Shown in pieces: positions 52,701 to 63,518 of a DNA stretch of 64,000 bases (its first letter is position 1; each line of letters begins with the position of its first letter). The notes under the pieces were generated by a model. It worked only from the letters and a program-made list of their open reading frames with translations. It ran no database searches and was not told the origin of the DNA. Source of the stretch: Callorhinchus milii (lineage: Eukaryota); NCBI RefSeq assembly GCF_018977255.1, contig NW_024704746.1, positions 22,134,001-22,198,000 on the forward strand, in the 5' to 3' direction. The translations under genes were made by a program, and so were the position numbers.

Positions 52701-53764
52701 CTGGCCACGACGGGCTGGCCATAAATAGCTTGATGTTAGCAGATTTGTTCGTTCTTTTTTGATTCAATTTACAGTCACAGAATCTGACCAGATGATGCTG
52801 AGGACTTGGTATAACTGCATTCATTGCATTTCAATTGGGTCGGCCAAGGAACAGAATAGTTAAAAGACCTGACTGAAATACAGCTGCTCTCTGTGAATTT
52901 TATTTACAGTGTCGCGCAGATGTGAAATGTTATTGACTCCACATTATAAAGCGAGACGGCAACTCAAGTCTAAATTTAGATAGAACGCTGCACCAAAAGT
53001 ATTTTCTTAAAGGGATTCTTAATCAGCGATAATGGTTACAAAATATCTCGTGTGAAATACCATCATAAACAATAAATAAAAGGTAAACTTGTTTTTTTAA
53101 TTATATATGTTTTCTCTTCGCTACCTTTGTCAGCCCGGATTTGGTTTTAGTGCTGGGGGGTGGTGGGGTGTGGGAGGATAAGGTTAAATGATTATATGAA
53201 GCTTGGCTGTTAGATATAATGACTGCATGTAATGAGATGTAACGTCAAGTATTAAATCAGCGAAACAGTTAAAAGGTTTCGTGCAAAGCGAAGAGAGTTC
53301 TTCCAAACATTCAACCGAAATCTCTTCAGACTCAGCAGAAGACTTACCCTGCGTGTTAATACGCTGCACTTGCATTTTATTATTGGAAAAAAAAGGGAAC
53401 CGATGACTTAAAAAGCTGCATAAATGTTTGCACTTCCTCCCTCGCGCCGACGATTGAAGGGTTTTGCATTTGACAGGAGGAAAGGGTTAAGAATGACTGA
53501 CTTCACTGTGTGTGTGTGTGTGTGTTGGATGGGGTTGAGGGAAGAGAGAGAGATTTAAGACCTTGTGCATATATATATATATCATTGCAACCAATCTAGT
53601 GTTTGTCTGCTTCTCATGTAGCAGTGGGGGGGGGGGGGGGGAGGGGGTAAAGGTTACTGTACAGATCTGCAACACATTCGATTGATTGCAATCTTTTATT
53701 TCGGGTTCTGATGGGTTGGATTGTGCATTGCATTCCTGCAGCAGCTCCACACAATGCAATGGAA

Positions 53765-55772
53765 NNNNNNNNNNNNNNNNNNNNNNNNNNNNNNNNNNNN
53801 NNNNNNNNNNNNNNNNNNNNNNNNNNNNNNNNNNNNNNNNNNNNNNNNNNNNNNNNNNNNNNNNNNNNNNNNNNNNNNNNNNNNNNNNNNNNNNNNNNNN
53901 NNNNNNNNNNNNNNNNNNNNNNNNNNNNNNNNNNNNNNNNNNNNNNNNNNNNNNNNNNNNNNNNNNNNNNNNNNNNNNNNNNNNNNNNNNNNNNNNNNNN
54001 NNNNNNNNNNNNNNNNNNNNNNNNNNNNNNNNNNNNNNNNNNNNNNNGGGGGGGGGGAGAGAGGGGGAGAGAGGGAGGGAGGCGAGGGAGAGAGAGGGAG
54101 GGAGNNNNNNNNNNNNNNNNNNNNNNNNNCCCCTCCCTCTCCCTCTCCCCCCCCCCTCCCTCTCCCTCTCTCCCCCCCCCTCTCCTCTCTCCTCTCCTTC
54201 CCTCCTCCCTCTCTCTCTCCCCTTCCTCTNNNNNNNNNNNNNNNNNNNNNNNNNNNNNNNNNNNNNNNNNNNNNNNNNNNNNNNNNNNNNNNNNNNNNNN
54301 NNNNNNNNNNNNNNNNNNNNNNNNNNNNNNNNNNNNNNNNNNNNNNNNNNNNNNNNNNNNNNNNNNNNNNNNNNNNNNNNNNNNNNNNNNNNNNNNNNNN
54401 NNNNNNNNNNNNNNNNNNNNNNNNNNNNNNNNNNNNNNNNNNNNNNNNNNNNNNNNNNNNNNNNNNNNNNNNNNNNNNNNNNNNNNNNNNNNNNNNNNNN
54501 NNNNNNNNNNNNNNNNNNNNNNNNNNNNNNNNNNNNNNNNNNCTCCCTCTCCCCCAGTGGAGGAGTGGCTGTGGCGGCGCTCTGTGAAGAAGCCCAACCT
54601 CTCTCAGGGGAAAAAAATGCAAAGCAAAGCCGCAAAGCCCCGACTTTGGCCGCAGTTAAAGTAATTTTAGTCTCATTCGCTGTGTAATTCAGAGCGCAGC
54701 GCAGAGCACCGGTCCCTCACAGCCACCGGCGGCCATCACAGGGCGGCACCGGGAGTGGCCCTCACTGAGGGGGAGAGNNNNNNNNNNNNNNNNNNNNNNN
54801 NNNNNNNNNNNNNNNNNNNNNNNNNNNNNNNNNNNNNNNNNNNNNNNNNNNNNNNNNNNNNNNNNNNNNNNNNNNNNNNNNNNNNNNNNNNNNNNNNNNN
54901 NNNNNNNNNNNNNNNNNNNNNNNNNNNNNNNNNNNNNNNNNNNNNNNNNNNNNNNNNNNNNNNNNNNNNNNNNNNNNNNNNNNNNNGAGGGGAGAGAGAG
55001 TGAGGGAGAGGAGAGAGAGGAGGGGAGAGAGAGGGGGGAGAGAGGGAGGGAGGGAGAGAGAAGGAGGGATAGAGAGAGAGGGGGATAGAGGGAGAAGGAG
55101 GGATAGAGGGAAAAGGGGATAGAGAGAGAGGGGGAGAGGAGGAGGGAGGAGAGAGGGGGAGAGGGAAGAGGAGAGGAGGGGGAGGGAGGGGGAGGGAAGG
55201 AGAGGGAGAGGAGGAGGGAGAGAGGGGGAGAGGAAGGAGAGGGAGGGAAGGAGAGGAGGGGAGGGGGAGAGACTCCATTGGATGTGCAGTTACTAAGAGG
55301 GACAAAAGGGAAGAGGGAGAGAGGGAGAGGAGGAGGAGGAGGAGGCAGAGATGATGATGATGATGGTGATGAGAAGGCAGGGAACTCATTGCATGTTCTT
55401 GGTCCGTCTNNNNNNNNNNNNNNNNNNNNNNNNNNNNNNNNNNNNNNNNNNNNNNNNNNNNNNNNNNNNNNNNNNNNNNNNNNNNNNNNNNNNNNNNNNN
55501 NNNNNNNNNNNNNNNNNNNNNNNNNNNNNNNNNNNNNNNNNNNNNNNNNNNNNNNNNNNNNNNNNNNNNNNNNNNNNNNNNNNNNNNNNNNNNNNNNNNN
55601 NNNNNNNNNNNNNNNNNNNNNNNNNNNNNNNNNNNNNNNNNNNNNNNNNNNNNNNNNNNNNNNNNNNNNNNNNNNNNNNNNNNNNNNNNNNNNNNNNNNN
55701 NNNNNNNNNNNNNNNNNNNNNNNNNNNNNNNNNNNNNNNNNNNNNNNNNNNNNNNNNNNNNNNNNNNNNNNN
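53765..55772. other. Assembly gaps (five N-runs) bordered mostly by purine/pyrimidine low-complexity tracts
   Basis: N-runs at 53765-54047, 54105-54129, 54230-54542, 54778-54986 and 55410-55772. Confidence 0.98.
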
Positions 55773-56466
55773 TCGCAGAGGTTGGGTTTGTGTCCCCGGG
55801 AACACCGACAGTCTGTGGGCAAAGCCTTCCTTCCCTCCACTGCAGTTGGTACCACCTTATGATGTGAGAGGTCAACCCCCTGAGCTCTTGACAATGAAGT
55901 CCAGGGCTGTGGTTTAGTTCAGCCCAGAGATGGTGGACCTGGTTTCTCCCTTCATTCTATGACTGTTAATTTTTTTCTCTCACCCCCTACCCCTCCCCCC
56001 CCAACCCCTACCCCACCCCCCCACATCCCCTCCTCCTCCTCCTCCTCCTCCTCCCTCCCTCTCTCTCTCTCTCTCTCTCCACTCCCCCATCATCACCAAC
56101 CAACCAGACACCTCCTCCCCTCCTTGAACCTGGGACCTTTTTTTTTTACCCCCACCCCCCCCCACCCACCCTCCTCTTCCTCCACCTCCTCCTCCTTTCT
56201 CCCCACCCCCCACACCCCCCAACCTCCCCCCCCCTTCCCCCCCCACCCCTTCAGTTCCCAAGGAAGGGGTCTGAAGAGCAAAAATTCTGAAGCAGGATTT
56301 CAGAATTTTAAACCCTGTGTAAATTGCCCATTTGCTGTATTATAGTATTTTATATATTTTTTTAAGAAAAAATACAGACCCCACTCTCTCTCTCCCCCAC
56401 CCCCCCACCCCCCACCCACCCACCCACCCACCCCACCCCCCCAAAAAAAAAATAACTGCGTAGACA
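54543..56466 (+). promoter_or_regulatory. Probable PIK3R3 promoter / 5' leader region (partly gapped)
   Basis: CpG-rich unique islands (54543-54777, 55773-55965) and GA/CT low-complexity tracts lie directly upstream of the ATG. No SINEs between ~52000 and 58070. The TSS cannot be placed. Confidence 0.6.
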
Positions 56467-56572
56467 ATGTACAACACCGTTTGGAATATGGACAAGTCTG
56501 ATGGAGACTGGAGAGAGGTGATGATGCCATACTCTACTGAGCTAATATTCTACATTGAAATGGACCCTCCAG
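56467..56572 (+). CDS. PIK3R3: First coding exon of phosphoinositide-3-kinase regulatory subunit gamma (p55gamma/p55PIK)
   Basis: ATG in gacaATG context. It translates to [35 protein letters not shown], near-identical to the mammalian p55gamma N-terminus as I recall it ([35 protein letters not shown]). It ends at a canonical phase-1 donor CCAG|GTAACT, where the next exon should supply ALPPKPPK. Exon 2 is not visible in the window. Confidence 0.95.
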
Positions 56573-56616
56573 GTAACTCAGCCCTGAAAGCTTTTCACCT
56601 TCATCTCTTGTGTGTG

Positions 56617-56657
<41 letters not shown>

Positions 56658-58416
56658 CCCCCCCCACTCCCCCTACTTAAACCCCTGAGTTTATTTGGGG
56701 GGTCTTTTTTTTTCTCACCCTTCTTTGTTCCTTTGGTGTCTGTCTTGTGTGTCCTGTCCAGCAGTCTTGCAGCCACCGTTTTTCCCTGCTGACACTCTGG
56801 CCTGTTTTCTCCCCATTTAATGCCTTTAAAATTATTTATTTACCCCCCCTCCCCCCCTTTTTTTTTATTTGCATGTGCCTGCACACGAATATACAGAGAG
56901 ATCCAGAGATCTATCAGCATTTCCCCCCATTCAGAACCATTGCAATTCCAGGATTACAATTTGGATTTCTCCTAAAATCTCTCTCTCTCTCACACACACA
57001 CACACATAAATGTGATATTTTTCTCCCCAAATCACTGTGTAATCTGCTGCCTGAAACTTTAAGGGGGGGGGGGGGGGAAGGGGCTGATTTCAATGTGAAA
57101 AGGGATTGGAAATGTAATGGCTTTTGCAATTGGCAGTTCCTGAGTTGAGTTCAGTCGAGCCTTCAAAGGGAAATATTTTTAGTGAAGTTGCTATATATTT
57201 TTTTTATTTTTTTTCTCCCCCCCAAAAAACTTTTAGATACAGTGCGGTGTATGTGCATTTAGATCAATCCACTTTGGGAAAAAAAAAATGGTTAGACATG
57301 CTAGTTTGGGTTGAATGGCAGCTCTGTTAGAGAGAGAGAAGAGAGAGAAGTTTTTTTGGATGGTTATGGGGGGGTTGGGGGGTGGAGGGGGGAGTTGAGT
57401 GATGTATAAAGTGCAGCCTTGCTCCCCCTTCTCTCCCCCCCCCCAGTTTCCTCTTAACAGATCATTTTTTTCAAAAAAATCTCTTTTCCTGGGAAATAGG
57501 GAACGCGTCTGAAACTCAATGCACCTAATTTGATTCATCTGATGGGGATGGGGGTGGGGGGGCGAGAAAGAGAGAGAGAAGTGGGGGGAGAAATAGAGAT
57601 GTGAAATAGAGATGGAACATCTCAAAGATCTCGTACGAATCTCTTTTTGGGGGGAGAAAGAGAGCGAAGAGAGAGCGAGAGAGAGCGAGGGGGAGTGGGG
57701 GTTAATTATGGAATTAAATTTAAAAGAAGTTGCTATTTGATTTGATTTGATCGCACCATTAATTACTGCGTTTTCATGGGATGTTTTTTACAGCAGCAAA
57801 TACTGTTATTAGGCACTGTTAACCCCCTCGCTGCGGGGGCTCAGTGTCTCGGGGTAGAATCTTTAAGGAAACCTGTAAAGCTCCGCGTCAAATCGATGAG
57901 AAACTGAGAGAATTGCGGTGATACATTTGTCATTCGATACACTCGTCAAGTTGTTTCAAGTGCTGAGCCTTCAGGTTTCAGGGATACTTGTTCTATAAGC
58001 AGTTGGTGTGCGTATCTGTCTGTCTGTGTGTGTTTGGTGTCCGAATGTATCCTAAATGTTATTACAGTAATGATAAATAATAATAATAATCCTTGCATTT
58101 TGGATACATCGCCTTATCACGTCTTCGAGGTGTCCCAAAGCGCTTCACAGGGTGTATTATATATATATATATATACGTATATATATATATACTGTATCAT
58201 CGACTGTGTTTGTGTATTTTCTGGGCGAAAATAGAGAGGGAATGGGTCACTTTGAAAGTTTCCAAGCACCAATTTTGATCGTTTTAAGGGTTAATAATGT
58301 TTCAACCAATTCTCATTTATACATATAATACATTAAAAAATCGCTAATTGCTTAAACAAGAGGATTAGGGGGTTAGTGAGATTTCAGCAATGTTCGGATG
58401 GGAATTGGGATGAAAA

Positions 58417-58832
58417 TGGGGGGAGAAGGGGGATGGGAGAGAGAGAGACAGACTGAGAGAAGGGTGGGTGGGAGAGAGAGAAGGGGATGGGAGAGAGAGA
58501 GAGAAAGGGATGAGAGGAGAGGGGAGGGGGGGGTGGAGAGAGAGAGGGGATGAGAGAGAGAGAGAGAGAAGGGGGGATAGGAGAGAGAGAAGGGGAAGGG
58601 GAGAGAAAGAAGGGGGGATGGGAGAGAGAAAGAGAGAGAAGGGGGGATGGGAGAGAGAACGAGAGAGAAGGGGGGATGGGGAGAGAGAGAGAGAAGGGGG
58701 GATGGGAGGAGAGAGAGAAGGGGGGATGGGAGAGAGAGAGCGAGAGAAGGGGGGGATGGGAGAGAGAGAGAGAGAAGGGGGATGGGAGAGAGGGAGAGAG
58801 AGAAGGGGGGATGGGATGAGAGGGAGAGAGAG
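58417..58832. repeat. Purine-rich intronic satellite (GGGGGATGGGAGAGAGAGAGAGAA)n
   Basis: More than ten variable 22-30 bp units visible. Confidence 0.9.
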
Positions 58833-59959
58833 AATAGCCCGCAGATTTTTTTCATGGCAATATTTATTGAGATTCTGTGTTATTTTTAAAAAAAACACAA
58901 AAAAATGTACATTGCGAATTGTCGACCTGAGGCTTTGCAAATAGCCTTATGAGCTTTGAATGCATAATTAGTGTGTGAACTGAGCACTCGCCTGATCCCC
59001 CCGCCAACCTCCCCTTCTCTTCCCGAAAAAGCCCACTGACTCTCTGCATGTGATTGTAATGATGAAGGGATTGGCCAAGGCTCCCTCAACACCGTCTCCC
59101 CCCGCACCCCCCTTTCCTTCCCTCTCTTCCCCCACTTCTCCCCCCCACTCCCTCAATTCCCTCTTGCTGCATCCCATCTCCTTTTCAAATGACCACAGAT
59201 CGTATTGCAAACGTCTAGAGATTATTAGGTGAGATTGCACAGACAAGGGCTATTTGTGCAGCCAGGCATCTTATTCCCCCCCCCCTCCCCCCCCCACCCC
59301 CCCCCCCCCCACACACACAGAGACGCACTTTATTTTTGCACTTAGTGATTTAATGCATTAGATGCATCAAGAGGATATTAAAAATAATTGCACACACACT
59401 TTATCCTGTTTTTTTCCTGTCCTGCTTTAAAATAATGAAGAGTGCAATTGCTTAATATTTGTTTAGTACCTGCAGCTCTGGGGGGTGGGGGGGAAGAGAT
59501 TTGCAACCCCCCTCCCCCCACCGGCAGAAGTCTGCTCACACTAATACTGTACTATATGATAAATATATAATGTATAATGCTGATACTGGACAATTCAGTG
59601 TCCGCTAAGACCTCCAGTATTTATTTTCTAAATTATATTTTTTATTATTATTTGCACGCGTTTTTCGGTGCAGCTTTTTCTTCCTAATAAAAAAAATCTA
59701 CTTTCTTTTGAACAAAAGTGGGGGGAAAAATCAAGGTTAGGCTATGCTATGTTGAGGCGGGTGGTGATGGGGTGGGGGGGGGGGTGGGCGGGGGTTTGTG
59801 GGGAGGGAGGAAGTGAGAGAGAGATAGAGAGAGAGAGAGAGACTGAAATGTACAAGCAGAAATGGGTGACTGTTCTTTCTCAACATCTCCCACAGTCCTC
59901 ACTCACACGCACAGATGATGTCACCGAGACATTTTTTTTTCAAACGAAAGACCGAGAGA

Positions 59960-60185
59960 CTCGGATCAGAAAGTGTCTTCAGCCTCTCTGCCCCCACCCT
60001 GTGGAACTCCATCCCGCAGTCCCTTCACCTGGCTCCCTCCTCTTGGACCACACTCCTACCCCTGCCCTCCACCCCTCCTGATCCCAGCCCCTCAGCTCGG
60101 GTCCAAATCCGTGACTCTCCAGCGGCCTGGGACGTGCTCCCGACATGAAAGACGCTGTGTCAATGTCATTTTGTTGTTGTTGTTC
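59960..60185 (+). mobile_element. L2 LINE 3' remnant with (TTG)n tail
   Basis: VFSLSAPTLWNSIPQSLHLAPS, same family as 34775-35120; ends GACATGAAAGACGCTGTG...TTGTTGTTG. Confidence 0.82.
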
Positions 60186-61998
60186 TCGCAGAGTTAATAT
60201 TTACTTGGCCTCCCGTTCCTGCTGAGCCTGAGCAGAGCGAAGCCATGAGAACATAGGCTATTAAAACTCCAGAGCCGACCTAGATGTTGCCACTATTTTT
60301 ATTCAAACACCGCTTACCAGATGCCACAGACGATAATAGGAATTTACACAGCCCCGCTTTATATGTATCTGTTTTTATATGGCCAGGCGTCCTGATGGAG
60401 GTCACTGTGTATATTAACGTGCATTTGTACAGCTTGGATTACACAGCCAGAAGAAGCTGTTGTCCAGTCTCCTTGAAACAGCTGACTTTCTTCTCATGTT
60501 TCTGTCCTGGTCCTGTCCTGCTTAACTGTGATTCCCTCCCTTTGGTGTTCTTCCGGATTTGTCTTGTTAAGTTGGAAGAAAGGGGGAGGAAAGGGGGTCA
60601 TGGAAAGGCACATAGCACAAGGCATAGAATCATGGACTGCGCTGGTAAATCATTCAGGACTTTTCTATGTCTCATTAATGTGAAATCATTAATGCATTGT
60701 GAAATATAATTTTATAGATATAAATATATATTTCTACAATATACACTGAAGTTTTACTGGCCTATGTTCTCATGGCTTCTGTATTTGTTCTTTCTATCTC
60801 TCTGGTCATAAACCAAACAGCTGTTTGCAACAGTAACTACTGCAAGTAACCCCTCATGTAGGGAAAGGGTTCTTTTACCCGGGGAAAATGGGACAGTGTT
60901 TCGGGTTGGACTGTGTTCAAGCTGACCGGCTTTTCAGAAGTTTGTCTTGTGAGAGAACACGTCATCTCCAGCAGGTGTGTCTTTGGGAGAACGAACTCTC
61001 TTTAGGCCTTGCTGTTTGTCGTGCTTTGTGTTTGTGTCTGTGTAATGTTAGCATTAGATCTGTGCAGTAATATTGTCATCCATATATCTCTCTCTCTCCC
61101 CCCTCTATCTCTCTCTCTCTCTCTCTTTCAAACACAGGCTATTTCCAGTACATCAACGAGCAGAGAGAGAGAGAGAGAGAGAGAAGCCTTGATGAGATTT
61201 TTTGCTCCCATTAGCTAAACAGCCACGCGCTTGCTTTCCTGTGGGGTGGGGAGGCTGAAATCTAGCTTTCCATGTTTGGTCAAATAAATTGACCCAAGAA
61301 TCGATAAGAGATTTCTGCATTAGAAACACTTTTCCCGCAGATTACAGTGTGTGGCAACAGTCTTGTACGTACGGATGTGAAAGAAAATGTCTCTTTTTCT
61401 TATTCTCTGTGATCACTATCCCACGACACATCTCTCTCTCTCTCTCTCTCTCTTTCTCCCTCCCCCTTTTCAGTCGCTTCCAATTTAGCAGATATTGATT
61501 GCGACACATAACCGTTAAGTTAAATTGGACACAGGATGATGTCAGCTTCTGTGGGAAGAGGAGGCGAGGGATCGGTTTGGTGACCTACCGTTCTCCTGGA
61601 CTGGGCTGACTGACATTTGCAGCAGGAATAGAGAGGACAGGCACCAAAGTGCAAGGAGCCATGTGTGTGTATGAGCCGGTTTCCTCAAAACAACTGGCCT
61701 GGAAGGCCTCGGTTGGATTAAGTCATGCAAATAGCTACAGCCAGTGTGCACAAGATGTCTTTCTGGGACCTCTTACAGTCAGATACGGATATATCCCAAC
61801 ACCTCATCCTTGAATTTTAGAGTCCTTCCTTCCTTCGTGCTATTTTATTTTCGTTCCATACCTGAGTTTCAGTGCTCCTAATTTTCCCCTTGTCCCAAGC
61901 CGCAATCAACGTGCGCAAAACAATAGTGAAATCATTTGGTCATCAAATGCCGTTGGCAGATTTGACCCAGTGTAGTTGCAATAGTCCATTAACGTACA

Positions 61999-62317
61999 TG
62001 GAGTCCTGTAGCTCAGTGGTTAGAGCACTCGCTTTGCAAGCGAGAGACCTGAGTTCAATTCCAGGCAGGTCAGGGCCAAACCTTGGGCAAGTTTCCTTAC
62101 TCCACACACCTAATAATAATCCCTCCAAAACCCAAAACAATAGTAAATTGGTCATTTTCAATGCATGACTGTTTGTGGGACATTGCTGTGCGCAATTGGC
62201 TGCCGCATTCGCCCACAAATATACAGTCAATTCACTTTACAGTATATTCTGTGAAGTGCTTTGGGACGTCGAGAAGACGTGAAAAGCGCTATATCAAATG
62301 CAAGGATTATTATTATT
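61999..62317 (+). mobile_element. Full-length tRNA(Ala-like)-headed DeuSINE-type SINE (head type A)
   Basis: Head GGAGTCCTGTAGCTCAGTGGTTAGAGC...TTGCAA...GTTCAATTCC (A and B boxes). Deu-like core CTGTTTGTGGGACATTGCTGTGCGCAATTGGCTGCC. L2-type tail GTGAAGTGCTTTGGGACG...GCGCTATATCAAATGCAAGG(ATT)n. Confidence 0.85.
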
Positions 62318-62424
62318 ACAGGAGTCACATTCACACATTTCACTCTCAAAAGAATTTTACTGCAGTGACTGTATTTTGTAGGCGAGTTGTGGTGGAGGTG
62401 AATTTACTTTATAAACAGTATTTG

Positions 62425-62664
62425 TTTGGTCAACCCGGTGTCTGACACATGCGGAAACCCATTGCTGTGCTGAAGGGTATCCAAACCGAGCTGAGATTTC
62501 CATGCATCCCACCATGGAAATCCCAGAGATAGATTGTTGAAATGGAATGCGCTCTCTCTCGCTCTCTCTCTCTCTATCTCTCCCTGGAGGGACACCTCCT
62601 GTTTACCTAATTCCGGAAAGTATTAGGCGCAGGTTGGCAAGAGCCAAGGCTTGGGGACCCCAGA
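62425..62664. repeat. Unclassified dispersed repeat, copy 2 (internal CT expansion)
   Basis: TTTGGTCA..GGTGTCTGACACA..GCGGAAACCC...GTATCCAAACC.AGCTGAGATTTCCATGCATCCCACC...AGGCGCAGGTTGGCAAGAG...GGGGACCCCAGA shared with copy 1. Confidence 0.85.
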
Positions 62665-63144
62665 GTGTGCGTGGCTATAAACGATATGCGCCTGTTGCAA
62701 CCCAGAGAATTTGGCGCCAGCGAGTTTAGGATTATAAATACCTTGTGTAAATATAATTGACACAAACGTTGAGGGAGAGGGTTGATATTGTGGTGCTCGC
62801 TTACACAAAGCCAGTCTCTTTCGCTTGCTTTACAGGACGAGATGTTCTTTCTGGTTTGAAGCAATCAGACCCGTTTCCTTTTCTATGGTTAGGGATGAAA
62901 TACTCTTTTCTACGGCAAAGGGAGAAAAAACGGTAGGCCCTCATTGGTGGGTTTCTTGACCTAAAACAAATCAAGTGTGCCCCAACACTTTCCTTCCTAT
63001 GGAGCGGAGGAGCGATGCAATTAATCCCGTTTGAACAAACACAGTCTTCCTTCAAGTATAAGAAAGAATGAATTTGAGGCGAGATAATTTCACTCATCAA
63101 GCTCTCTCTTTTAAAAGACTACGTGTTATCATGCAACCTGCTCT

Positions 63145-63518
63145 ACCTCAGCTTGGCTCAGTTGATAGCACTCTCATCTTCGAGTCAGAAGGTTGTGGGT
63201 TCAAGCTCCAAATCGGGACTTTGAAGTCACATCGTCTGTCTGACATTTCAATACTGTGCTGGAGGTGCCACTCTCCCGATGAGAAACTTAAACCGTGTGC
63301 TAGTTCAGGTGGACATTAAAGATCCCATGTCACTATTCGAAAAGAGAAGGGAGTTTTACCCGGTATCCAGGCCAACAGCACCCCAAATAAAATTGGTCAT
63401 TCACTCCAATAATACACAGTCACTAGACCTTGCAGTAAATCTTGTGAAGCGCTTTGACATATCCTCCTGGCAGGAAAAGCAAGCGCTGTATCAAGTGCAA
63501 GGATCATCATTATTATAA
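63145..63518 (+). mobile_element. DeuSINE-type SINE, head type B (SacSINE1-like), central core partly deleted
   Basis: Head CAGCTTGGCTCAGTTGATAGCACTCTC...GAGTCAGAAGGTTGTGGGTTCAAG, body TTCAGGTGGACATTAAAGATCCCATG, L2-like tail. Confidence 0.8.

Larger units (their letters stand above)
21478..58230. mobile_element. Further dispersed DeuSINE fragments (about 20)
   Basis: At about 21478-21525(-), 24450-24580(-), 25200-25400(-), 25420-25760(+), 27115-27230(+), 31900-32100(+), 33590-33917(+), 35494-35600(-), 36148-36275(-), 40652-40780(-), 42850-43070(+), 44210-44860(+), 46280-46358(+), 46394-46502(-), 46580-46685(+), 47620-47835(-), 48515-48803(+), 50225-50315(+), 51800-51930(-), 58075-58230(-). 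The span is an envelope. Confidence 0.8.

Noticed and set aside
53487-55917. Long ORFs of up to ~400 aa around the promoter
   Set aside because: Artefacts of N-runs and GA/CT low complexity.
58365-58944. Glu/Arg/Gly- and Ser/Leu/Pro-rich ORFs
   Set aside because: Translations of the purine satellite.
62000-62070. tRNA-Ala-like sequence (also ~23765-23832 and ~49640-49708)
   Set aside because: These are SINE heads within SINE bodies with an imperfect acceptor stem, not tRNA genes.
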